Shown: positions 13,493 through 28,963 of the stretch, piece by piece
Position numbering within the stretch: position 1 is the stretch's first letter
How the letters are laid out: each line of letters begins with the position of its first letter
Assembly (NCBI GenBank): GCA_964016885.1
Contig: OZ024754.1
Span: 23,746,001-23,810,000 of the forward strand
DNA from: Eledone cirrhosa
Lineage: Eukaryota
Length of the DNA: 64,000 nucleotides
Direction of reading: 5' to 3'
Notes under the pieces: generated by a model
The model's input: only the letters and a program-made list of their open reading frames with translations
Databases searched by the model: none
What the model was told of the DNA's origin: nothing
Position numbers and translations under genes: made by a program

Positions 13493-15162
13493 GTTAAAAG
13501 AATAGAGGTGTAACACACAAGTTATTATATATTGGTAAACGGAATAGAAAATGCTGACAAATTGTTCACAGTTGAAAAATGGTTTAATTAGGAATAAAAG
13601 AGTATTAGTAATTGTATGGGTTAGTATTCAGTTGTGGTTTTAAGTTTTTACCGGTTGCGCATTTCTAAATGCTTTTCAAAAATAATTTTGAGATAGAGTG
13701 TCCATGTTATTTTTCAGTAAAATCGGTTCTCTTAATAGAACATCAAAAATCTTAACAATAAAAGGTGTGAAATGATATTCACTATATATACATACACATA
13801 CATTCACTATATATATATATATATACACATATTTTTTTGTGTTGCACCATAGAGCATGTGTGTTTACGTATGTCATTGTGTTTATATGTGGGTAGAGATG
13901 TGTGCTGATGTAGGTATGTATGTTGACGTGTGTATGTTGTGGGTTCGTCTTAGGGAGAAGTGTTTAGACGGGGTCCATATTTGTTAATGAAGTAAGATTC
14001 CTTGATGCGCTGGGTGTGGGTGAAATTATCTTTAAATTTGTAGAGGGGAAAGATTCTGAAGTTGGGATGATTTTGGGCGGCACAGGTATCAATGTGTTCA
14101 CTCAGTGGTATTTTCCTGTATTCCCGTATTTTAATTTGGGATCTATGGACAGACATGCATTGGCGGAGGCTGCTTTGGGTCTGGCCTATGTATTGTTCTC
14201 GACAACCTGAGCAAGTTAATACATATATTAGATTTTCCGATGCACATGTGAAATTGTGTTTTACTATAAAACGTTGTCCTTCTTTGAAATAGAATTCCGA
14301 ACCCTCTATTAGGTTGATGTAAATGCCATAGTTGGGTCTATCGCATTTTTTTACTGTGGGTTTCGTTGTTGTGGTTGGCAGTACTTTGGCATGTGTTAGG
14401 ATGTTTTTCATTGACTTGGATTGTCTTTTGCTCTTTATGATATCGTGTGTTCGTAGGATTTGGGTCATTCTATGGTCCTTTTTCAACACAGGGATGTTCT
14501 GGAGGATGGTGTCAAAGGCCTCATTGTTTAGGGGGTTGTGTGTGGAGATGTATGGAAGAGCTTTTAGTTTCGGTTGATTTACTTTAGGTTGTCTAAGGTC
14601 CTGGGTACTGAGTTTTAGGGCACGTTGGATTCCATTGTCAATTAGTGATGCAGGGTAGTCCCTGCCTATGAGTGTGTCCTTTAGTTCTTGTAACCGTAAG
14701 TAGCAGGTGTTTTTATTGGAGACTATAGTACAGATTCTCTTGGCTAAGTTGTAGGGAATATTAATTTTAACATGTCTAGGGTGGCAAGAGTTGAAAGGGA
14801 GATATTGCTTGGAGTCTGTGGGCTTGTAGTATATGTCTGTTTCTATTTTTTTGTTATGGATCTTAATGAGGATGTCGAGGAAGGGGAGTTGTTGATGGCT
14901 GTATTCCATCGTGAATTTAATATTCGTGTTGAGCCCATTTATAAGGGTGTGAAATTCTTTAAGTTTTTCGATGTTTTCGTGCCAAAGGATGAAGCAGTCA
15001 TCTAGATATCGCTTCCAGTTCCTTTCAATGTGTAAGTGGAGGGTGTTTCCAAATTTGTTTAGGACTTTAATGTAGAGGGTGATCTCCAGGTATCCCATGA
15101 CTAGGTTGGCATAAGTGGGGGCTGTTTTCGTTCCCATAGCGGTCCCAGATTTCTGCCTGTAG
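13493..15162 (-). mobile_element. Penelope-like element, 3' half (RT C-terminus, GIY-YIG, terminal repeat)
   Basis: GTAMGTKTAP, RYLDD, LPFLD, YKPTDSKQYL, LIYVLTCSGCREQYIGQT. Confidence 0.92.
13950..15137 (-). CDS. Penelope RT / GIY-YIG endonuclease ORF, 5'-truncated
   Basis: 395 aa uninterrupted frame with PLE RT motifs and GIY-YIG domain. Confidence 0.85.
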   Translation of the reverse strand: MGTKTAPTYANLVMGYLEITLYIKVLNKFGNTLHLHIERNWKRYLDDCFILWHENIEKLKEFHTLINGLNTNIKFTMEYSHQQLPFLDILIKIHNKKIETDIYYKPTDSKQYLPFNSCHPRHVKINIPYNLAKRICTIVSNKNTCYLRLQELKDTLIGRDYPASLIDNGIQRALKLSTQDLRQPKVNQPKLKALPYISTHNPLNNEAFDTILQNIPVLKKDHRMTQILRTHDIIKSKRQSKSMKNILTHAKVLPTTTTKPTVKKCDRPNYGIYINLIEGSEFYFKEGQRFIVKHNFTCASENLIYVLTCSGCREQYIGQTQSSLRQCMSVHRSQIKIREYRKIPLSEHIDTCAAQNHPNFRIFPLYKFKDNFTHTQRIKESYFINKYGPRLNTSP

Positions 15163-15640
15163 GCAGAGATGATTGTCAGTAGTCTCCTGCCTACAACTAA
15201 TCTAAGCTTAATCTCTCAGCCAGGAAAATGCCTACTCCCCCTAAGCCATCATCCTTACCTACCCAGAAAAGCTTATAGCTAAGATGTTTCCCTGCGACTA
15301 GTCTCACAGAGGCACCTCTCCATCTCACCTCTTGCATGCAGCACACATCCACATGCCTTCTCTCCAGCATCTCCGATATTTCCGCAGATCTACCTCTGAG
15401 AGTGCCAACATTAAGTGTTGCAACTCTGAGATGCAACGTCTTCATATTTTTGTTGTTCTTATATACTTGTTGCTGTGCTTATAATCGTTTTGGCATTGAT
15501 ACACTGGTTGGATGCCCTTCCTAACACCAGCGCCACTTTACAGCATGGACTGGGTGCTTTTATTTGTGCCACCAGCACTAGAGAGGATATCTTACTGGAC
15601 TCATGGGCCCTCTCCTCCCCTCCATTTTACAGCATGGTCA
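15159..15640 (-). mobile_element. RTE LINE 5' end (5' UTR and AP-endonuclease N-terminus), inverted
   Basis: LRVATLNVGTLRGR...VCCMQEVRWRG...GGVGIFLAE, then IKLRLVVGRRLLTIISAY in the next frame. Confidence 0.85.
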
Positions 15641-15738
15641 TAAAACAAAAAAAAACACTTATTGACACTCACGGCACACACACACACCACCACTCAGGCA
15701 TAGCATACAAACACACACACCAACACTCATGCATACAA

Positions 15739-15775
<37 letters not shown>

Positions 15776-15999
15776 AATATATATATATATATTACCGTCA
15801 GTACTGATACAAAATCATGACAACTGTTGACTTTTCCAGTTCAGTTTTTAAATAATAATAGTAATTGTTTGCTTTACAGCAAAGAGCAACGGCTCTCCAC
15901 TCTCCGGGCCCCAAAACAAGACACCAGCAATGCGCTGGGACAATCGCTGCCCCGTGCCAAGAACAGAATCATTATTTAGTATTATAGTTGTTTTTAAGG

Positions 16000-16360
16000 C
16001 CTGGTCGCTGGTGATGGTGGATGGAGTCAGTGATGGTGATGGTTGTGGTGGTGGATGGTGTCAGTCATGGTGATGGTGGTGGATGGAGAAAGGTGCCAGT
16101 GATGGTGGTGGTGGTGGTTGTGGTGGTGGATGGTGTCAGTGATAGTGGTGGCAGCTGTTGTTGTTGCCGCTGCTGCTGTTGTTGTTCATTTCACTGATGC
16201 TGATGCTGCAGACAATGGTGTTGTTGGTGTTGTTGTTGTAGTCGCTGGGTTGAAATTTTAAAATGTGTTCGCTTCGCGTGTGTCATATATATACATACAC
16301 ACATTCAACACAGACAATGGTGTTGTTGCTGTTGTTGTTGCAGCTGTTGCCGCTGTGTTG
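16000..16360. repeat. Low-complexity (GGT/GAT/GTT/GCT)n tract
   Basis: Degenerate trinucleotide repeats. Confidence 0.7.
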
Positions 16361-18788
16361 AAATCTGGTCGCATCGACTGAGATATAGATATATATACAT
16401 ACATATATACACACACATACATATATATATATACATACACATTCAACAAAGGAGTTAGGTGTTTGTCAGCAGGTCAGATATCTTAGTGTATATAGGGTAA
16501 TGACTTATGTGGTGGTGGCGGGGCGCGAGTGTAGACGTTATTGTGGTGGCGGGGTGGGGGGGTGAGATGTATCAAGTTCATAGTTCACTTGTCCCTTTTC
16601 CTCTCTTTTCAAAATTTGACTTTATGGCCATTTTGCAATGGGGGACAAGCAAGCGTAAAATGTAAACAATTTTTTTTTTAAATAGAGATTGCTCTGGAAA
16701 AATATATGGAATATTTCTGTAGCTTCCAGAGCTTTTGTGAGAACATTTCCTCGGAGTCCTATGGGCAAAAATGTTGTTGTATCTTTGAGAATACGGAAAT
16801 TATTAAAAACTTACCCCCACGAAAAACAGTGTGTTGTCCTATCTATAAGCTCCTTTGTTCCCTTATATATCTTCTTACTAGTTATGCAGTGGAACAGGCA
16901 GATGGTGTCTAATACCAAGCCATACCACAGGGAAGAATGTACCCCCACAGCATAGGTTAGTCGTTAGTGATATCTCAGTAAGCAAGAGATGGAATGAGAC
17001 ATACAGGAAGGTGTGGAGAAGAAAGGTATGGAAGCTAAAAGACCTTTCACTAAAATACAAATTTAGGAAAGCCCTTCAAGATGTGTATGACGAAAAAGAA
17101 GACGATTTAGAGACGCATGACATAGATAATAATTGGAATTTCTTACCTGAAACTTACTGCAGGGTACTGATGAAACTTGTGGCTGGAGCAGAGCTCCAAC
17201 CAGACAGAGAGTGACCTGGTGGTGGAACAGCACAGTAGATAAGGCCATTAGAGACAAAAGACTAGCATGGAAGGCTTGGAAAAAGGGTGGGAGTAGAGAA
17301 GGATATACAGCCACTAAGAAAGAAGCTAGACATCAGGTGTACTTAGCACGCAGGGAGGCTGAGAGTAGGAGGTTTGCCAATGTTCTGCGATGAGAAGATC
17401 AGAGACGTGCGGTGTTCTACATTGCAAGGCAGTGTGTCAATGCAAATCAGGATGTTGTTGGAGATAAATGTGTCCGGAATGATGCCGGTGTACTTGGTGT
17501 CACGAATGATTAGAAAAAGGAGGCCTGGAAATATCATTATGAGAGACTGATGAATGTGGAGAATGAATGGGAGAGAGAGAAATTACCCTCAGTAGATCCA
17601 ACAGAGGGACCAGCTATTGAGATTGACGAATATAGGGTCCAAGAGGCGATTAAAGAAGTGAAAAATGGTAAGGCTGCTGGACCGTCGGGGGTAGTTGCTG
17701 AGATATTGAAGGCATCAGGGGACGTAGGCACTAAACTGGTTGCACGCATCATCAATCAGGCTATATATGGTGGTGTCATACCCAAAGACTGGTGCAGCAG
17801 TATTCTCATAAATTGCTACAAATGTAAAGGGGAAGCTCTGGAGAGGAGCAATTATAGGGGTATAAAACTGATAAATCAGGTTATGAAAGTGGCAGAAAGG
17901 ATATAGCACAACTAATTAGAGAAAGGGTCAAACTAGATGAGATGCAGTTTGGTTTTGTGCCTGGGAAGAGTACAACAGATGCCCTCTTCTTGGTGAGACA
18001 ATTACAAGAGAGGTTCTTAGAGAAAAATAAGCCACTATACTTAGCCTTTGTTGACCTAGAGAAGGCCTTTGATAGGGTACCCCGATCTGTCATCTGGTGG
18101 TCCCTAACAAAACTAGGTGTTGAGGAATGGCTTGTGAGCATAGTGTAAACTTTGTACAGAGGTACTGTCAAAAAAGTTGGAGTATACAAGTAGGAGTACA
18201 TCAAGGTTCGGTCCTCAGCCAGCTCTTGTTCATTATAGTTCTCCAAGCCATAACAGAGGAGTTTAAGATTGGCTATCCATGGGAACTTCTCTATGCTGAC
18301 GATCTGGTTCTTATAGCAGAATCAGTAGAGGAACTAGAGAATAAATTCTGGCTTTGGAAACAGCAGTTGGAAGCAAGAGGACTGAGAGTCAACCTAGCTA
18401 AGACAAAAGTGTTGATGAGTAGAAAAGAAGACAAAACTCAGATTCCGTCAGGGAAATGGCCATGTTCGATATGCAGAAAAGGAACTGGCATAAATTCTAT
18501 AAAATGCACACAATGCAGATCCTGGGTACACAAGAGATGTAGTGGGATAGCAGGCAAACTAACAGGTAGGGAGAGATACGTATGCAGTAGATGTACAGGG
18601 AAATTAGACAGTAGAAATCGCATTGATAGACACATTTTTCAAATGCAGGCGGGTGCTATAGAAGTGGTGGATAGCTTCCGGTACCTAGGAGATCAGATTA
18701 ACATAGGAGGGGGGGGGAGTTCCGAGGCCATTGTATCTAGAATAAAGATGGGTTGGAAGAAATTTAGGGAGCTGCTTCCTCTGCTGAC

Positions 18789-21125
<2,337 letters not shown>

Positions 21126-21126
<1 letters not shown>

Positions 21127-21965
21127 AGTGGAGAGCGCTAAGTTGATATAGAATTCTGTCTCCATTAGGACTACTGTACTCCCTTTATCAGCCTCTTTAA
21201 TTGTAATGGTTCTGTCGGTTTTTAATCTATTTAATTCAAGCCAAACCTCAACAAGAAAGAATGGGAAGAGTTAAATAGATTAAAAACCGACAGAACCATT
21301 ACAATTAAAGAGGCTGATAAAGGGAGTACAGTAGTCCTAATGGAGACAGAATTCTATATCAACTTAGCGCTCTCCACTTTGGAAAACGAAACATACTACG
21401 AAAAGGCTGAACACTACAATCAACAGAAAATTATGAGAAACCTAAAAACTCTAATCAACCAATACAAAGGACTCACTAACAAGGAATTCAGCTTCATCAC
21501 AGACTTCACAAGTAAATCCAGCCTTTTCTACGGTATCCCTAAAGTACATAAAAGCGAATTAATAAGTAAGGCATGCAAGGAAGCCACAGACATAGTCATC
21601 AATGTCTCCTCACCCAATGATCTCAAATTAAGACCTATAATAGCAGGCCCTGCTTGCGAAACTCACCGCCTTAGCAACTTCATTGATACCCTTCTCAAAC
21701 CTTTTCTCAAACACATCAAAAGCTATATAAGGGACGACCCAGATATGCTCAATCACCTCCCTAATATGCCACTTTCTGAACAAACCCTACTAGTGACGTT
21801 CGATGTAGTCAACCTATACTCCAACATCCCCCACAACCTAGGAATAGAAGCTATCCAATTCTGGCTGGATAATTTCCACAATGAACTCCCACAACGCATC
21901 AAAAAAGAATTCGTGATAGAGGGACTCAAATTTATCTTGGAGAACAATTACTTCGTTTTCAATAC
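21126..21965 (+). mobile_element. Penelope RT N-terminal half with 5' fold-back inversion
   Basis: IKEADKGSTVV, FYGIPKVHK, LRPII, FDVVNLYSNIP, ILENNYFVFN; 21126-21237 is an inverted copy of 21267-21379. Confidence 0.88.
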
Positions 21966-22340
21966 ACAGCGAAAAGCACCCAGCCCATGTAGTAAAGTGG
22001 ACATGTGAAAGACACAGCAAAAAGCACCCAGCCCATGCTGTAAAGTGGACGTGAGAAAGACAGCAAAAAGAACCCAGCCCATGCTGTAAAGGGGACGTGT
22101 AAAAGATACAGCAAAAAGCACACAGCCCATGCTGTAAATTGGACGTGTGAAAGACACGGCAAAAAGCACCCAGCCCACACTGTCAATGTGGTTGGCATTA
22201 GGAAGGGCATCCAGCCATAGAAAACCAGCCAGAAACACCCCTATATGAGCTGTCACGGTCACCTGACACAACTTGCCTCAGAATAGGACCTGTTTAACCC
22301 ATGGAAGATAGATGTTAATCGATGATGGTGTTGATGATGA
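21965..22340 (+). mobile_element. RTE-related SINE fragment with ~48 bp tandem repeat (5 units)
   Basis: CAGCAAAAAGCACCCAGCCCATGCTGTAAAGTGGACGTGTGAAAGA units followed by the same 3' sequence as 81-247. Confidence 0.65.
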
Positions 22341-22474
22341 TATATATGTAGTGTATACATAGTATGTATAGTGCATATATATATATGATAAATGCTGGTG
22401 TCAAACTGTTTCAGCCATTCCTCTGGACATTATATATAGTGTATGTATGTAGTATATATATATATATATATATA

Positions 22475-23745
22475 CTAGCTGCAGTACCCAGTGTTGCTTG
22501 GGTAGGTAAAATAATATCTGCTTTGATGAAAAGGTGTTAGCGACTGCTTCTCAATGACTCATCTACAGGCCATGCGGGGAGGGGTGATGACCTCTATCAC
22601 TGAGAAACGCCGGTGACTGACGAAGGGGCATGCTGGGTGAGGGAGGTAATGACCTCTAGCACTAAGCCAAATTTCCTCACGCTACTTGATTGGAAACCGA
22701 TGAATTCTCAAAAGCACAACTAAAAGCTCAGACGACGTCAGTGGCCATCGTATTGCGTTTGACCATCTATCAGATGTGCAATGATAGGTTCTATCGTAGT
22801 ATAAAAGTTGAACCAAAAAAATTGATTTATGTGTGAGGTGGAGCCGAAGTTTCGAATTTGAACAAAATCAGTTGAAAAATGTGGGAGCTAATGATAGGTC
22901 GCCGTCCCTGAACAAAAAATGCAAAGTGCAAAGCTACTATAAGATGTGCAATGATAGGTTCTATCGTAGTATTAAAGTTGAACCAAATAAATTGATTTAT
23001 GTGTGAGGTGGAGCCGAAGTTTCGAATTTGAATGAAATAGGTTGAAAAATATGGAGGCTAATGATAGGTTCTATCGTAGTATAAAAGTTGAACCAAATAA
23101 ATTGATTTATGTGTGGGGTGGAGCCGAAGTTTCGAATTTGAACAAAATCGGTTGAAAAATGTGGGAGCTAGAGCCGAAAAGGCGGAAATTTGAGCGAAAG
23201 GGTGGTATTTTCGAATATTTAAGCGGCTGCCACACCGTTCCTGAACAAAAAATACAAAATGTAAAGCCACTTTAAGACGTGAAATAATCAGATATAGCGT
23301 ATTGTAAAATTTGAACAAAGTAGGTTGATTAATGTGGGAGCTTGAGCCGAAAAAGTGGAAATTTGAGTCTAAAAGTGGTATTTTTGAAAATTTAAGCGGC
23401 TGCCACGCCGTCCCTGAACAACAAATGCAAAATATAAAGGCCTTATAGGATGTGCAATTATAAATTTTACTTTTCTTTAAAATTTGAACGAAATCGGTGG
23501 CAAAATGTGGGAGCTAGAGCCAAAATCTTATTTTTCGATACCTAACAAAAGGTGATCCCCTATCGATTTTTATCTGCAGAATGACCCCGGAATTAAAAAG
23601 AAAACGATACGCTGATATATAGAAAACACTCCCCGATGACTAATCTATGAGCCTGTAAAGTTTCATAAAAATCGGTCGTAAGATGTAGGTCCCTATAGGT
23701 AATACACAGACACACACACACATACTTAATTTTATATATATATAC

Positions 23746-23748
<3 letters not shown>
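22475..23748 (-). mobile_element. Non-autonomous Helitron
   Basis: Minus strand 5' TC-TGTATATATATAAAATTAAG; 3' hairpin ACCCAAG...CTGGGT then CTAG; internal ~120 bp tandem repeats at 22780-23520. Confidence 0.7.
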
Positions 23749-23810
<62 letters not shown>

Positions 23811-24548
23811 TATGTATGTATACAGACATATATGTATAAAGACGTACAGTAGTATCTATATATATACATACATGCACACATATATATATATACATATATG
23901 CACGTATCGGTTTACACAACATTTATTACAATACTCGGTTTGTTTGTAAACAAACAAACAGCCCGAATTACGCCGTACAGTGTTTAGGTAAACACGTCAC
24001 CTTTTTGTTCAACACTGCTCACAGGAACGATGTACTAGTTTCAAGATTATTAGCTATCGTAACTTGGTCTTGTCTTTGCATGAAATTGCTCTTCACGCCC
24101 CACATAACGACGTATTATCCTCGCTTTTGTTCCCGTTCATTGCGAGGGAACGTCTTCACGAACCAAAATATCGTCTTCCTGTTTTCGTTCGGTTACAACG
24201 TTTCTCGAAATATTTACTTCTGCGTTCACAGATTACTCTCAGTTCAATTTGAATGGGAAATTCATGTTTCATCGATTTTCTCCGTAACCATGGGAGCTTG
24301 TAGCTTGAAAGTCGACCCAACGCCTCCTCGGGTCATTCTGCATAACTGTAAATTTTCGCTGCATTCCACCAAGCCGTTTCGACGTTTATCCGACTACACC
24401 TACATATACAACGTCCGACCACTTCCAACTTATATAGTAGATTTGTTTATGACAAAAGGAAAAGTTCAAAACTATACATGAATTGTTTCTACTAAACCTT
24501 CAATTTAAGAAAACCTTCATATTTGATAGGACTCCAGCTCACACCTCC

Positions 24549-24780
24549 TTCTTCTTCTTCTTCTTCTTCTTCTTCTTCTTCTTCTTCTTCTTCTTCTTCT
24601 TCTTCTTCTTCTTCTTCTTCTTCTTCTTCTTCTTCTTCTTCTTCTTCTTCTTCTTTTGCTCCCCCTGGAACATTGGGCTGCGAGCCACCCCCTCACAACG
24701 CCATGTTCTGAGTCTGCTTTTCAACTCCACCTTGATGCACGGTGCGTCATGGTGTATCGAACCATTTATTTAGGTCTTAC
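24549..24780 (-). mobile_element. (GAA)n-tailed retroelement 3' fragment
   Basis: (TTC)n array at 24549-24655 adjoining an RTE-like 3' end on the minus strand. Confidence 0.4.
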
Positions 24781-25081
24781 TACGGCTGAATTCTTCCAGA
24801 GAGAAAGAAAGAGATGGAAAAAGGCAGAGAAGATTCATCCCCGGAGGAATAATAAAAAATGTTTACACTGCACATTTCATTTTTTCAAAGCTAAAGCTGC
24901 CGATCCAAAATCAGTAATTCAACTCCCTGAAAACTTTCAAATATATGCTGTTCTAGCATGAATATTATGTTAAGGGGCAGCTGTCCACAAAGTAAGATTT
25001 ACTTGCATATTCCCGCTCATATAAACACATAAATAAATGCATTACATTACAGTTGATATTTTTTTTTATTAAAGCGTTTTC

Positions 25082-25180
<99 letters not shown>

Positions 25181-25644
25181 GAAACATAAGTCAATTACAT
25201 GAACTCATAATCCTTTATTTACTGCTTTATTTGTATGAAATTGTAAATAAGACAATGAATATTGAAAGCGACTACGGAAAATAACTCATCCAAGTATTAG
25301 AACTGGGGAAAAAAACTCACCAAACGCGATAGTAAATAGACCGTTTTGGGGCCCCAGGGACCACATTTTTCAAGTTAGAGATTTGAAACCTCGTCTATTT
25401 GCTTCCTTGGCACTTTTTACATAGGTGTGTAAATTTTCATGTCCGTCGGACTACGTCTACTACCATTTAACCGTGCACAACTGAATTTCAACCACCACCC
25501 ATTTCACAAATATATATTAGATATGTATATTTATTAAAATGACAGATTAAAGTTTAAGCAAAGAATCGCTGCTTTCACCCTTAATGGGATCTTCTGAAAC
25601 TAAAAAAGTCAATCTGTGAACGCAGAAGTAAATATTTCAAAAAC

Positions 25645-26032
25645 GTTGCAACCGAAGGAAGACAGGAAGACGATACTTTGGTTCGTGGAAACGTTCCCTG
25701 GCAAAGAACGGAAAAAAACGAAGATAATACGTCATTATTTGGTGCAGTAAAAACAATTACAGGCGAAGACAAAACCACGTTTATGGTATAAATGAAGTTG
25801 TAGACTAATATTCTATTAGGTGGTTCATGGAGACGTTCTCTGGCAATGAACGGAAAAAATGAAGATAATTACTCTACGACTTTATTTATACCATAAACGT
25901 GGTTTTGTCTTCGCGTGTAAGTGTTTTCACCGTTCCAATTAATGACGTATTATCTTCGTTTTTTTTCGTTCTTTGTCAGGGAACGTTTCCACGAACCAAA
26001 GTATCGTCTTCCTGTCTTCCTTCGGTTGCAAC
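25645..26032. repeat. Fold-back inverted repeat (~160 bp arms)
   Basis: 25645-25804 is the reverse complement of 25873-26032; related diverged copy at ~24040-24250. Confidence 0.8.
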
Positions 26033-27312
26033 ATATAGTCTATATATATTGGACAATATTATATATAGTGTATATGTGGTGTATATAGTAATTGTGACAA
26101 TATTCTATATACATATGTACACACACACTGACAAACATATATATACATATAGAAGGGTCGAATGAGACAATGTATACACACAAATATATACTATATATAT
26201 GTATACAAACACATATATTTTACAGTAAAGTCATACAGCATGTTCTAATATGTTTTCAATTCTCAGCCAGGGAGAACATTGCGTCATTCCACATGTCTCT
26301 CATGTTTTTGTTTTTTTCATTTTTTTATTTCCATTTTTTTAAATGTTTTATTACCTTTAATAATGTGTTTTGTTTTAATATAAACAGTTATGTAAAATTA
26401 ATAATGTTATTTATACTAATCTGAATAAATTACTAGCATATTGATATAACGTATGAATTAACATAACGGAAGTTGTTTCTGAATGTATTAAATTATGTAG
26501 GGAACTTTTAAGTCATGTCACCGGTGTCAACTACACTGTGAAAAATTACCATTTATATCAGCTCCATTGTTACAACTTAAATCTAATCTAATTTTATCTT
26601 TTATGGTGATTATTTAATATTTAATTCTTTGAAGGGTCTTTCGGAAGAGGTTCTTATTAAAAATATTAAAGGGGCCTTTTCTGAGGGATTTTTTGAAGGC
26701 TTTTTGAATTAACCTTTAATTGATTAATTTCTTTCAACTATTTATTTCTTAACTTTTAAAATTAAATTTAATGTTCAACCCCTTAATCGTTAATTTTTAA
26801 TCATGGATATATAAGATTGCTTAATCTTAAATTCATTAAATTTTTTAATTTCGGGGTTTGGAACCCTTAAAATTCAAATCCTAACTTAAATCTTAATATT
26901 TATATTATGGACTCCCTGAATCATTAACTTTATTAACCTGTTAAATCTTATTGAAAGTTCTTTTCCCTAATTTTTAATTTTTAATTTTTAATTTCTGAGT
27001 TTAGAACTTTAGTAGGGATTATCAAATCTTCGTAAATTTTCTGAAATTTTTTAACGAGATCTCTTAGAAAAATTTTTTTTTTCTTTTGAAGGAATTTTTT
27101 AGGAAACTTTATATTTTTATTTTTTTTTATTTTTTTAGTCTCTTAATCTCTTCTGGTTTGTTAGGTTTATTGGGGCTTATAAGCTTTATGCACTTATTGA
27201 GGGATTTTTAAGGTGCTTCTACGAGATCCCAAGTCTTTTACGTTAAATGCGTAACTTATAAATTCTCTAATTTTTAACCTTCAATCCCTAACTCTTAGGC
27301 CCTTTTCAAATA

Positions 27313-27865
27313 TATACGATATATTATCAAATTGAAACTATATTTATAAAACCATTTATATTTCATTATACATATTTCAAGGACACCAAGTTAAATTATG
27401 GTGTGCTTTCATCATATAAAATATTATATAGATCAGTTTTATAAATAGCTATTGACATACCCTTAAAGAATGCGACCATTTCTGTTGGAAGCTCCCGGAT
27501 AGTGGGGTTATACATTTATTTATACTATTATGTAAATTAGTTTCGGATATTTAAAAATCTGATTAGATTTAAATAAGCCGTTGTGTTATGGAGAAAGAGA
27601 GAGAGAGATATAAGAGAGAGAGAGAAAAACGAGAGATAGAAATTTACATAATAGTATAAATAAATGTATAACCCCACTATCCGGGAGCTTCCAACAGAAA
27701 TGGTCGCATTCTTTAAGGGTATGTGAATTTATTTTTTAAAACTGATCTATATTATATTTTATCCGATGAAAGCACACCATAATTTAACTTTGTGTCCTTG
27801 AAATATGTATAATGAAATAAATATGGTTTTATAAATATAGTTTCCTTTTGTTAATATATCGTATT
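27313..27865. mobile_element. Inverted pair of PLE-type terminal repeats with degenerate hammerheads
   Basis: 27313-27538 vs 27642-27865 inverted; each arm carries a hammerhead-like motif. Confidence 0.65.
27757..27817 (+). ncRNA. Degenerate hammerhead ribozyme (mirror copy 27361-27421, minus)
   Basis: TTTTAT-CCGATGA-stem II-GAAA-TATGTA-TA-ATGAAA; the mirror arm has ATGATGA. Confidence 0.5.
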
Positions 27866-27976
27866 TTTACTCCAATAATTTGTTGAGTGCTTTATATGAG
27901 TTATAAAAATATTTGCTTGTTGTATCCCAACAATTTAAATAGAACTTCTACATATATATATATATATTTATATATA

Positions 27977-28550
27977 TACGGATTAACAAATAATAGTTAA
28001 ATGCAGTCCACTTAGGTGAAGTCCAGTTATGGTATTCCAGGTAGTGGATGATATTAACGCTTGGCTTGGTTTGACTCAACAAGGCGTTTTCATAGTGATG
28101 CTGCGGGTATGCTGTAATTCCTATGTTGTAAACACTTGGAGTAATAATAAATCAGGAAAGAAGGTTTACATGGTTTGCTATACAAAAAAGTTTTTAATCA
28201 CATAGCTTACATTTGTTTCACTGAAGTGGTATGTCTAGAGATCGCTATCCGCTTAATTTTGCGTTACTCGATCGCCAATACAGAATTATAACCAGTCAGA
28301 TCTTCGGAGCATGCGAGAATGAAGAAAATACACAGTCAAGAAAAGGAAAGAAAATACAGGCTACTATATGAAGTAGTAATGGCATTCAATTAGAACAATA
28401 ACAACAATTACAACAATGCTATCAATAAATTATTTAAGGAGACCCTGACATTACTTAGGTGGGGGGTATATAATATATCTAATGTTACGGCGTGAAAACT
28501 AGCTGTCATAAGGCAAAATGAAGGGTTGACATGTACAAAGTATCGTAGTG
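27977..28550. mobile_element. PLE-type terminal repeat fragment
   Basis: Homologous to 39775-40405, where part is inverted; contains hammerhead motif. Confidence 0.55.
28205..28311 (-). ncRNA. Hammerhead-like motif, CCGAAGA core, long stem II
   Basis: GCT-CCGAAGA-TCTGACTGGT...ACCACTTCAGT-GAAA-CAAATG-TA-AGC; paralog of 40237-40344. Confidence 0.5.
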
Positions 28551-28708
28551 TATATCAATTTTAAATTATAAAGATAAGCTAGTTTTTACAGTCTTTCTCT
28601 TCATCTTCAACAGTATACATGAGTGGGACTACTGTCAAAGCTAAATAGTTGTAGAGTTAATACAGAGGTTAACGAATTAATATACGCATATATTTACGCA
28701 CGCACACA

Positions 28709-28746
<38 letters not shown>

Positions 28747-28748
<2 letters not shown>

Positions 28749-28963
28749 ATTGCTTTATATCTGGAGATCTCTCTGTTCTTGTCATCACAGGGTACAATGG
28801 GCCCCGCACTATGTGTCAATAATTGTCACAAGTGTAGTGTTTGTACCAGAGTTTTCAAGTCGCTGGCTGGACTAAAAAGTCACACTCGTTCAGCGCATCG
28901 GTAGGGGTTCTCCTACATGATATAAAGTAGTGGCCGTACTCGAAAACGAGTTGGCAGCCACCA
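28747..28963 (+). mobile_element. RTE-derived non-autonomous element, copy 1 (truncated)
   Basis: Encodes [23 protein letters not shown] (RTE-type C-terminal zinc finger); ends GTGGCCGTACTCGAAAACGAGTTGGCAGCCACCAT. Confidence 0.75.

Noticed and set aside
13645-13730. Hammerhead in the PLE terminal repeat (GAAA-TGCGCA), also ~41270-41330
   Set aside because: Palindrome present but no intact CTGANGA or NUH in either copy; too degenerate to call
21965-22180. CRISPR-like array (also 59203-59420 and 22780-23520)
   Set aside because: Tandem repeats without unique spacers, inside eukaryotic mobile elements; no cas genes
24483-24773. Poly-Phe/Ser/Lys ORFs
   Set aside because: (TTC)n microsatellite
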